From: Setoptus koraiensis
Taxonomy: Eukaryota > Animalia > Arthropoda
Assembly: GCA_048013815.1 (NCBI GenBank)
Contig: CM106586.1
Span: 3,162,001-3,226,000 of the forward strand
Reading direction: 5' to 3'
DNA: 64,000 nt
The notes beneath the pieces are model-generated. The model was not told the DNA's origin, did not search any database, and saw nothing but the letters and a program-made list of their open reading frames with translations. A program made the position numbers and the translations under genes. The stretch's first letter is position 1; each line of letters starts with the position of its first letter. Positions 23,211 to 32,230 of the stretch are shown piece by piece.

Positions 23211-23882
23211 ATGCATCTATTCAATGTCATCAGCATTGCTCTTGGAGCTCTTATGCTGGCCATGAGTTTCAACTCTTCAATGGTCACGGGGCAGGAACGA
23301 TTTTTGGAACAAATCAGGACGATCAATTATCAAGTTGAGAAATGGTACAGCAACGAACGCTGGAACAATCAGATCGTGAATCTCAAAGAGATCGCTGACA
23401 GAGGTGCCAGCAGTACGGCTCATATACAAAGTGAGAGTCGTCATTGGCCAAGATCAATGATGAAAATATTACAAGTAGCTACAGGAAGACCTACCATGAT
23501 GAGGATTGAGATGGTGAAGGTCGCTCGTTTTATTTCTGGTATGCATCTAGGCCATGAGAACAGGAAGGCAGAATTTAAAGATAATTTCAACAAATATATA
23601 AAAGAAAACCGCCGATCAAAAGAATTGTGCAAACATTTCTTTGGGCGGAACAAACCCATCGAATATCTTCTGAGGATAGCTAAGGAGGACAATGTTGACG
23701 ATGAACAGTTCAAAAGGCTTGTTATTACTAGTAGCGAGCCCATCGCACCATTTTATTCTGCCGCAATAATCTGTCGACTAATTACTGGGAGAGTATTTGA
23801 TCTGCCCCATGCAGACCAATTTGAATGGTCAAAAAATGCCGAGGACAGGTTTAGGGCATGGCCCTATCCTTTCGATCCTTAA
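23211..23882 (+). CDS. Orphan secreted protein, about 223 aa, 2 Cys
   Basis: ATG at 23211 (MHLFNVISIALGALMLAMSF... signal-peptide-like), single exon. Truncated paralogue at 27480 and remnant at 24091. Confidence 0.7.
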   Translation: MHLFNVISIALGALMLAMSFNSSMVTGQERFLEQIRTINYQVEKWYSNERWNNQIVNLKEIADRGASSTAHIQSESRHWPRSMMKILQVATGRPTMMRIEMVKVARFISGMHLGHENRKAEFKDNFNKYIKENRRSKELCKHFFGRNKPIEYLLRIAKEDNVDDEQFKRLVITSSEPIAPFYSAAIICRLITGRVFDLPHADQFEWSKNAEDRFRAWPYPFDP

Positions 23883-24090
23883 TCTCGATATCGATGAGAA
23901 GCTGTGCAAATAATGATAAACTTCTCGGACACTCCAATTTGCAGCAAATTACCGCATTGCTACCGGATTATCGAAAAAAATACACATAGAATTTAACCAC
24001 AGAAGCCTCCTATGATATTGCAAGTGGGAACTCCGAAATAAAAAGTGTCGCTATCTATTCCTGATAAACTTGCTTCTATCGATTCCAATA

Positions 24091-24201
24091 ATGTGTCTCT
24101 TCGAAGTCATCAGCATCGCACCTGAGGCTTTCATGCTAGTCATTAGTATGGACGAAATAGGACATGATTGTCCAACATTATCGATAATAGATGAATTGTA
24201 G
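24091..24201 (+). pseudogene. Decayed remnant of the 23211 secreted-protein family (signal-peptide region only)
   Basis: MCLFEVISIAPEAFMLVIS aligns codon for codon with MHLFNVISIALGALMLAMS; stop after 36 codons. Confidence 0.55.
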
Positions 24202-24736
24202 TTGATGATGCAGATTAATAGAAGAATCGATCAGCAAAAGTACAAAAAAATTATTCCCATACTATCGCAACGTGGGTCCGGATAAAGAAACGGAACTGCC
24301 AGCTCATGATGGCGTTAAAGAATCGACATCAGAATGCCAATACCAGTTTGAAAATGAAACGAGCTTCGCTATATGAAGTGTAAATAGTGGCAGGTACGAA
24401 CCTCGAGTCCCTAGTTATTTCACTAAGGAGGCGAGTTTTAAGAAGCACAAGAAAAACATTTCCAAAGTTTTGTACCGGAATTCCAGATACTATTTAAAAA
24501 TAGACTTTCAAGCGCAACTCTGAAATGTAGAGAGCTTCTCGATCTCTAGTATAAATAGCGACATATATGAACCTCGAAGCCGCAGTTATTGTATCTAGAA
24601 AGGTAAGCTTCCTTTGCACGATAAGTATTTTTCCCACAAATCGAGTAAAATTCGAGTCATAGAGGAAGCTCCTTTCCAGTTAATTTGTGACCAGAAAAAA
24701 TATAAAAATAAGAAACTCTGAAAGCATAACAGCAAA

Positions 24737-26212
24737 ATGGCTCAACTGAAACTGCTCGCTATTGTTTACGTGATATGTGCTTGTCTAACTTACTCTTCTG
24801 ACGCTGAAGTGATTAGCAAAGATAGATGCGTTTCCTCGGTGAAAGCAATAGATACGATTCCTGCATTTCTGCAGTTCGCAGAGATAGCGCTCGAAAACGA
24901 TAACATGTATGGATTGAGCAAGGAAAAAAGTGCGATTCTCAACAGGTGTATTCGCAGTGTAAATGGTTTCGATGATATCCGGGCGTTGAAGGAAATTGTT
25001 CAACAAGCTGGCACGCGTCATTCTGTGTGCGAGCCCGACTTTGCAGATGAATTGTTGCAATTTCACAAACAGTTAAAAGCTAATGCCAGTCATGGTAAAT
25101 ATTTCAAACGCATACAAAAGAAGAATAGATTGGCTCGCTTTTTCCGACTTCTAGCTGGTCAAGTTGCTCTGACTTGTAAGAAATCTTTGGCGGAAAAACT
25201 ACAATCGGCAGAGAATAGTAATCCTGTTTTAGTAGAGAGTCTAGACAGAGTGATTGCCATGTCAGAGGCGAAAAAGACAAAACTTGATGAGAGCCACATC
25301 AAGGATCTTTCGAAAAGCACGCGCAAGCTGCTGAGTATTGCCATGAAATACACCCCCGATGTGTTTACAAAAGTAGAAAATCTCATACTGACTGAATCAC
25401 TGAAACCCACACACGATTCCGAGTTTTCCATGTCTATGACATTGAATACGCAGAGTATGATAGACGAGTTTGTAGCAAGCAGAAGAGCGTGCAACCTTAT
25501 CGAACAATTCGCTCAGAGCTCGATATACACGACTTCTCGGTTGGCCTGGAAAGGATATTTGGCCCGAAACGATGCTGAAAGCTTAGATAGAAGCCTGAGC
25601 AGCGATCCGATGGTCCAGAAATGGATCAAAGCCGTTCAATTCTGTCAAGGTGTTCTGCTCATAGAAGCCAGAGTCGATTTAGAGGAAGATGTGAAAGAAA
25701 AAATGGACAAAGCGATGTTGAATGACGAAAATTTATTCACTGTCAACCTGGACAAGAAAAAAAAATCGAGGCGACCGGTGCACAAATTCGAGCAAGCTGA
25801 CAACTTCAATTCTTTCGATACAGATATCGAATGTTACACGCAAACAAGCGGAGTTACCGGATGGCTGCAGAGACGCTTGGGTAGCAAGGCTGAACTCGCA
25901 GTGTCGCAAATATTCAAAGTCAATGTTCTTGACGAATCAATTAGGCGATCGTTGGCCGAAGATCAGGATGACCCCGAGAGTGCAGTTCAATTCGGCTCTA
26001 TTGTAGGCTATGGTGGCGTTGTAGGATATCCTTTAAGTCATCCCATGCCCGTAGCCAATCAAGCAACCACGCACGTCGCTCACCATTCTCATCATTTCCT
26101 GGGTCTTGGCAAAGGTGGTTTGATAGCTTTGATTGTTATTCTGAGCGTTATTGTTGCAGCAGTGGTTTACATGTTTTGCAAAGCACGCGCTGGTCGTGAA
26201 GACGACTATTAA
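24737..26212 (+). CDS. Orphan type I membrane protein, paralogue of 11979-13694, His-rich juxtamembrane stalk
   Basis: 491 aa. Shared motifs CEPDF.D.L, RL..FFRL.A.QVALTCK.SL, LAWKGY.A, VQKW.KA.Q.CQGVL, VQF.(G/S); signal peptide and C-terminal TM (LIALIVILSVIVAAVVYMFC). Confidence 0.82.
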   Translation: MAQLKLLAIVYVICACLTYSSDAEVISKDRCVSSVKAIDTIPAFLQFAEIALENDNMYGLSKEKSAILNRCIRSVNGFDDIRALKEIVQQAGTRHSVCEPDFADELLQFHKQLKANASHGKYFKRIQKKNRLARFFRLLAGQVALTCKKSLAEKLQSAENSNPVLVESLDRVIAMSEAKKTKLDESHIKDLSKSTRKLLSIAMKYTPDVFTKVENLILTESLKPTHDSEFSMSMTLNTQSMIDEFVASRRACNLIEQFAQSSIYTTSRLAWKGYLARNDAESLDRSLSSDPMVQKWIKAVQFCQGVLLIEARVDLEEDVKEKMDKAMLNDENLFTVNLDKKKKSRRPVHKFEQADNFNSFDTDIECYTQTSGVTGWLQRRLGSKAELAVSQIFKVNVLDESIRRSLAEDQDDPESAVQFGSIVGYGGVVGYPLSHPMPVANQATTHVAHHSHHFLGLGKGGLIALIVILSVIVAAVVYMFCKARAGREDDY

Positions 26213-26230
26213 CGTTTCGTCGAGGGCAAT

Positions 26231-26586
26231 TAATAGATCATTAGAGCAGGTGAATTTTTTGTGGTGAACGGGCGCAAAATGTCGCAGCCATGATACAGTT
26301 TTCTCTTCAAAACAGTAGAAAATACAACAAATATAATATCTTCTATGTTATTATGCTACTGTTAAGGTTGTACAAAGAAATCGCTGCTGTGTCACATTTG
26401 CTATAAAGCACTAACATTTGTTTCTATCTACAGGATGAAATCGACACGTAGGCAGGGAAAATTTTTGGCATGTAGAAGCTCAATCTGTTGGCCAAGGCGG
26501 GTTTGCCAGGGCAAGCCGATACTGTCTTAGGAACTTTGATGGATGAACGCAACATCTTGCATGGGGGTGCCTTTATACTGGTGGTT
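26231..26586 (-). pseudogene. Fatty acyl-CoA reductase pseudogene remnant (fragments of exons 3 and 2 and the end of exon 1)
   Basis: Nucleotide homology by eye: 26231-26310 to 14615-14700, 26405-26495 to 14876-14985, 26512-26586 to 15103-15178. Indels present; the whole NAD-binding region is missing. Confidence 0.85.
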
Positions 26587-26599
26587 ATCAGCTAATAAT

Positions 26600-27045
26600 A
26601 GTCAAGCGCAGCTAGATAACGGTGGAGAAAAATCGGGGTACGAATGGCGAAGACGACCAGTTTGGGATGATGCATTAGTCGTTGTTGCGCAACGATCATT
26701 ATGATATTCAACTTAAACGATGCAAAATTAATCGTGCCATCGGCAGTTGCATGTACAATGCTTTGTTGTATGTGACAACAACTTCATGATTATTATGATG
26801 GCTGGCAGTTATGACGCCCGCGTGCGATTGAGCTCGCTTCCATGGAGCTTGTCTGCGAGCACGTCGTCCAATACGATCCGATGATGGATGTCGCACGCAA
26901 TTTCCGCTCACAATTTACACCAGCATACACTCTAAACAAGCGTCTCTAAATGTGCCAGATTACGTTTCAAATCATCTCAACTCTTTGGTTCCTAATTTGT
27001 TTCATATAGTCTCGTTCCTTTTCTCAGTTTTAACTACCTCTATTA
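26600..27045. repeat. Duplicated non-coding blocks of the FAR upstream region
   Basis: 26617-26930 matches 18287-18610 (e.g. 'cagttatgacgcccgcgtgcgattg.gctcgcttcca'); 26935-27045 matches about 20030-20165 ('aacaagcgtct...tcaaatcatctca...ttcctaatttgtttcat'). Confidence 0.85.
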
Positions 27046-27479
27046 TGTCGGCAAAAGATTGTATAGCAATTTTCCGTGTTTTTATCTATCAGTGGCTATA
27101 GAGACTGTTCAACAAGAGATATTTTCAGAGGTTGTTTCAGCCAGAATAATTGTTTTCGGAATAAAATTTCGGAAAATATTTGGAATATTAACAATCATCA
27201 TCAAGCGAGATCTATTCATCACGCGAACCTTTCATAACAGTAAGCGTTGCCAGCATTGTCAGCCCGCATTGATGAAAAATTGGTCTAATAATAAACTTTC
27301 TAGAAGAGACAGTCGCTAAAAGAATGTTTATTTACACTGGATTTCAAAAAAAAATATTTATGGACTGTCTCCACAGAATCCGGCCAATCGAACACTCATT
27401 AATGCTTTTTAACATATTGCGAACGAAATAAATTTATTTTTATTTATGCTTGATTCGCGTGCTCTGTTTAATTTCGAAT

Positions 27480-27770
27480 ATGCATCTATTCAATGTGATC
27501 AGTATTGCTCTTGGAGCTCTTATGCTGGCCATGAGTTTCAACTCTTCAATGGTCACAGGACAGGAACCATTTTTGGAACAAATCAGGACGATCAATCGTC
27601 AAGTTGAGGAATGGTACAACAAAGAAAGATGGAGCAATCTGATGATGAATCTCAAAGAGATCGCTGACGCTGGTGCGAGCAGTGAGGCTCAGACACAAAG
27701 TTGGGGTTCAGGTTTAACTACTATCGACATGCGCATTCATTTTTTGTGCATCACACCTACTCTACTGTAG
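27480..27770 (+). pseudogene. Truncated paralogue of the 23211 secreted protein
   Basis: Near-identical first about 74 codons and about 140 bp of shared upstream sequence. Homology ends abruptly at about 27700 (...QTQS|WGSG), with unrelated sequence and a stop at 27770. Confidence 0.7.
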
Positions 27771-28308
27771 AATGCCAGGGACACATTGTTTCAAACTGGA
27801 CTTATTTATCAAGGAAAAGGCCCCCAGATAAAAAATCAAGAGGAACTATCCTTTCAGTTAAAAAAAAAACGACGACCGAAACGCTTTTCAAACGAACTAT
27901 CACCTTGCTAACAAATACTTAGGTTGCTAAACTGGAGACTCTATGTCACGTTCACTCCAAGAGGTTTCTTATCGTTACGAAAGCAATGAAATGGATGGCC
28001 TTTGACCAGATCGAAGCACTCAATAGATCATATGATTGAATGACGAATTATGGAATGGCCTCATATGCCGATCTTTCGAGCGTTAGCTTGAACGTTGAGT
28101 TGCGCAAGTTTCTTTGGGAAAACCTAAAAAATTAATGAAATTATTTTATTATTCTTAGTATATCTGAAATTAATATCTCTATATATTCACCATATTCGAA
28201 TGGCTGGACTTCTACTGAGCCCGCAGGGGCCCGGCATGAGTGAGCAGCCTTCAGGAAGATATCTCGACTCAGCTAACAAAAGCAAGTTTTGTTCTTTGGT
28301 TGAATCAA

Positions 28309-28878
28309 TCAAAACTCGAATCTAGAGTATTTTTCCTGTGTCGTACGCAAGCAGCTATGCTTTATCAACCTGTGCATTTCGCTGAATTGTTCTTCATTTT
28401 TTATCTCCATTCTATCAAACATTCTCATGGTGTCCTTGTGGCTATAGTGAGCCATTGCAATTATCACTAGGATGACAAAGAAAGCTAAAAAGGCCAAGAA
28501 AGGCTTGTTGCTGTTGCGATGATTTTCGGGGTCAGAAATTTCGCGTTGAACATAGTTTCCAGCTAATGACTTTCCTGGAAGCAAACTTACATCGGGCTTG
28601 GTAGAAATTGCTGACGTCGTCTTTAGTTGAAAAGATTTCGTTGAATCGTTGCTACGAAAAATGTTCCACGTTGAACATTTTGGACAACGGAGCCATAGTC
28701 TGTTGCTCTCCGATGGTGCTGTTGCTGATCTAATTAAAACGGAAGCGAACTCGCACTTTCTTTTCTTGGCTCGCTGGATCAATTTATTTGCATTGAGTTC
28801 TCCGGAAGAGTCCCGAATCTCAATGCTGAACTCAGTTGCTGATATTGTCTTGTTGTCTGGCTCCATTTCAATGGTCAT
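28309..28878 (-). CDS. Hypothetical 189-aa protein with one TM segment and a CxxC (CPKC)
   Basis: ATG-initiated ORF with hydrophobic stretch PFLAFLAFFVILVIIAMA. No recognised family. Confidence 0.45.
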   Translation of the reverse strand: MTIEMEPDNKTISATEFSIEIRDSSGELNANKLIQRAKKRKCEFASVLIRSATAPSESNRLWLRCPKCSTWNIFRSNDSTKSFQLKTTSAISTKPDVSLLPGKSLAGNYVQREISDPENHRNSNKPFLAFLAFFVILVIIAMAHYSHKDTMRMFDRMEIKNEEQFSEMHRLIKHSCLRTTQEKYSRFEF

Positions 28879-29551
28879 TGATTGGAAATGCCTTGGGTTA
28901 TATTATAGGCAATTATATCCGTAGAGTTGATGATAATATGGTCGAGTATAAACTCGAGATGGTATCAATTTCAAGCAAACTATCTCGCTGTGCAGTGAAT
29001 ATATAATGGTGCAGTCTTCTATTGTACTCTCAACCTCCGGGCCGATCTCTCGTTATTTTGTAGCCATCGATACAAATGAAGATAAGCAAAGACATCATTA
29101 TTACAATGAATCGAACTATTCAAGACATTGTTATCGGCATAGTTTGTGTGTCCTTAAACTGATTATTTTAGAATAGGAATTACCACTGAAAAAAGATATG
29201 CCGAGCTCTGGTTGTGAATTTCCAGTTTTAGCATTTTGATGGAGTGAAGTGATTTGTGTTTTATCAGTGTGATCTCTGGATATTCATCAAATGCAAATAC
29301 AGATCGTGCTTTTGCAGATGGGCGGTTTGTCTCAAAACAGATGAAATCTGACCGAAATCACTGTGTCGCATCATCAAATTTTGGTAAGAGCAGTCAACTT
29401 GTTTGCAACATCGATTGTTTATTAGTGTTCATTATGATAAGATTTATAATTGTAATTGAAGAATGACCGGCGGCACATACACCAGGATGCATTCTTACCA
29501 CCGATATATCTGATACCGATCAATTATTGTTGGTATATCTTGAGTCTAATA

Positions 29552-31396
29552 TTAAGGTCTATCGCGTGGATCCGACTTAATAACTGCATCTATCCAATCT
29601 CTGTAGTACGATATATCAGTGTAAACCCCGGGAACGTCGGTTTGGTCACAGCTAAGCCGCGAGGCCAACCCCTTGAGAACAATCGTGTTAGTTTGATTAT
29701 CTAGACAGTAGAGGCCAGATCCTCCGTTACCCTTGCAGGCATCGCGACCCGATTCTCCTCCAGCACAAATCTCTCCTTGACCAATGGGAGTATTTAGTTT
29801 AGCTCGACAATCGTCTCTTGGAATCAGAGGCAACGACACATCTTCGAAGGTATCAGTGAATATTCTGGGGTACATATTTAGAAAATTGACTTTAAATCTT
29901 TCTAGGGGAGAAATATCTCTTATAGGCACAAAGCAACGTTGTCCAACAAAGGTTTGCGAGCTATTTGCCATGGCAACTGGTGTGACATTTTGTATTTGCG
30001 TATGTATATGCTTGAACCCTGGCATCTCTTCCCTGTTATATATATTCCGTTTCTGTTCCTTGATGATTTTTCCCAACCTAACTATCGCAATATCCATTTT
30101 GGAGGCCCTCAATAAACTTTTCGGTCGATATGATTGGTGTTTCTCATAATAGATACTATCTACGGCAACAGGTGAGTTTGTTTGTTCCTCTGACTCTCCA
30201 TATTTTCTAGAGAATATGCTTCGAGTACTATAGAAGGCACCTCTGGGTTCGCCAGATTTTCTGAACGTTCTCAGCACGACAATTATCGACCCGTTGTTGT
30301 GTTTCAGTCGATCAAAACAGTGCGCGGCAGTAACAACATATTCCGGATGAATCAGAGTGGCCCCACAAAGATAATCGGCGTATCGGGTCAAATTCGAGAT
30401 GGCGTGGCCCTTGTTTGGAATGTACGACATCCACAAAGTAGCGTGTGCCGAATATTCGTCCAGTGACGTAATCAGATGATTATATTTTGGTTTGATGATG
30501 ATACTATGCATAGCACTGGAGTTTCGTGCTACAACTGGGGCCGCCTTGTTTCCGTTTTCATCACGTGATTTATCAAGATCATGATGGAGCCGTGACGAAT
30601 TCCTACTCCGGATACCTGGTCTGACTGGTAAAAACCGGGGACGTGCTGGATGGGGTCCCTCTTCCAAGGGAATTTCCGTGGTAGAGTGATTCGTCGTTTC
30701 GACGACAGAAGCTATGGAATCTACTTTTTCTGTGTATTTTCTCCTCAAAGGTACAAATCCAACCGAATACTTAGGTTCGTTGTCATCGAGCACTTTGTAA
30801 AAGGAGGTCTCTGGTTTTATCTCACTAGAGACTTCAAACGTTCCCCTCAGGGCAGGTCTTGATAATTGCAAAGAATGTTGACTTTTTCGGAAATGGTTGT
30901 CAATTGTTGCATGGCTGTCGGGCTGATTGACGCTGATCGCATGAAATGCTCTCGGATTGTGATTGGTGTATTTTTGTGTTAGCTCTTCAATATGATCTAA
31001 ACGGGTGTTCATTACCTCAATCATTTTGATTGATGCCTTCAAACTGCTCCAAAACATCAACAAGCATATCGATAATAGAAACAACACCAACCAGATACTG
31101 TTGGGCAAGACCAACTTCCTGGTAATGATCACTGTTTCGGTGGGCTTCTCTTTTGTATCGCCGTTGTTTGTTTTACTTTCAACATGGCTCAACAGGTTTA
31201 GATTTTTCTTCTTATTATTATTGACCGAGATCCACGATGAAATGCTTGGCCACCTAATGGCTGACTGTTTTTGTTCATCACATTTGTTGCCAGTCATCTG
31301 TACTGTTGTTGGCATATAAACCGGTGGAGGTAGCATGGGCAATTCATGATTCTCTGGATCGTCGTTTATTAAGTGTTGATTGAGCGAATGTGACAT
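29552..31396 (-). CDS. Type II membrane serine-protease homologue (non-catalytic), copy 1; probable start at Met 31396
   Basis: TM helix (IWLVLFLLSICLLMFW) and trypsin fold with LCGATLIHPEYVVTAAHC, DIAIVRL, and DACKGNGGSG in place of GDSGGP. The ORF-track start at 31447 is a TTG. Confidence 0.82.
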   Translation of the reverse strand: MSHSLNQHLINDDPENHELPMLPPPVYMPTTVQMTGNKCDEQKQSAIRWPSISSWISVNNNKKKNLNLLSHVESKTNNGDTKEKPTETVIITRKLVLPNSIWLVLFLLSICLLMFWSSLKASIKMIEVMNTRLDHIEELTQKYTNHNPRAFHAISVNQPDSHATIDNHFRKSQHSLQLSRPALRGTFEVSSEIKPETSFYKVLDDNEPKYSVGFVPLRRKYTEKVDSIASVVETTNHSTTEIPLEEGPHPARPRFLPVRPGIRSRNSSRLHHDLDKSRDENGNKAAPVVARNSSAMHSIIIKPKYNHLITSLDEYSAHATLWMSYIPNKGHAISNLTRYADYLCGATLIHPEYVVTAAHCFDRLKHNNGSIIVVLRTFRKSGEPRGAFYSTRSIFSRKYGESEEQTNSPVAVDSIYYEKHQSYRPKSLLRASKMDIAIVRLGKIIKEQKRNIYNREEMPGFKHIHTQIQNVTPVAMANSSQTFVGQRCFVPIRDISPLERFKVNFLNMYPRIFTDTFEDVSLPLIPRDDCRAKLNTPIGQGEICAGGESGRDACKGNGGSGLYCLDNQTNTIVLKGLASRLSCDQTDVPGVYTDISYYRDWIDAVIKSDPRDRP

Positions 31397-32230
31397 GCTG
31401 TTGAAATCAAATTTCTCCGTTTCGTCTGTCGTATTCGTCTTCTCCAACTTTGCAATACACTATACGATGCAATTCATTCACGCTGGCTGATATCGACTCA
31501 TCCGTTCTAGTTGCCTAGTAATTTTAAGTGGGACGTTGATTAATTGTGGCTGCAAATATTGTAATTTTTGAAATATATTGCTTGCAAAGTTTGTATGCTT
31601 GAAATGATGGCTTCCTGAAAAACGTAACAATTGTTATAGTTGAATGTTTTTGATGCTTTTTGATTGTACTAGAAGTGAATCGTAAGAACGGAAATATCCC
31701 TGATCAGCGACTCACTCTTTATATGACTCACCCGAATACCAATCATATCGTAATATTTCTGTGTTGCTCTTATTTGTTCTTTGTTCTTTCAGATTCATAA
31801 TTTAGATAACAATAACATATCACATGATCATGAAGTAGCTATGAGATCTCAATCAATCGATCTAGATACGCAACATCTGCATAAGCAAAAAATTTTTTGT
31901 TTAGATCAATCCTGAGTCAATTTTTAGTGAAACACACGCCATTCATATGATTTCCATACTTATGGTAATTATTAGTAGTTATAACTTATTGCACGAAAGA
32001 AGATCTCTTATTGAACCACTAGCTGATTCGATGTCTAGTGGTCTAGATATTATCATTGGATCATTCTCATTGCTTTTATTGTGCTAATATTCAGGCAATC
32101 GAACATTCAAAAACTATTACAGCACTACAATATGCAGAGAATCTAAATGAGCGAAAGACCTCGAAATTATAGCACGCTGTCATCTTCAAATGGTCTGCAT
32201 GCCGGTTTTTCCTAAGTCTAATCTCTAAGA

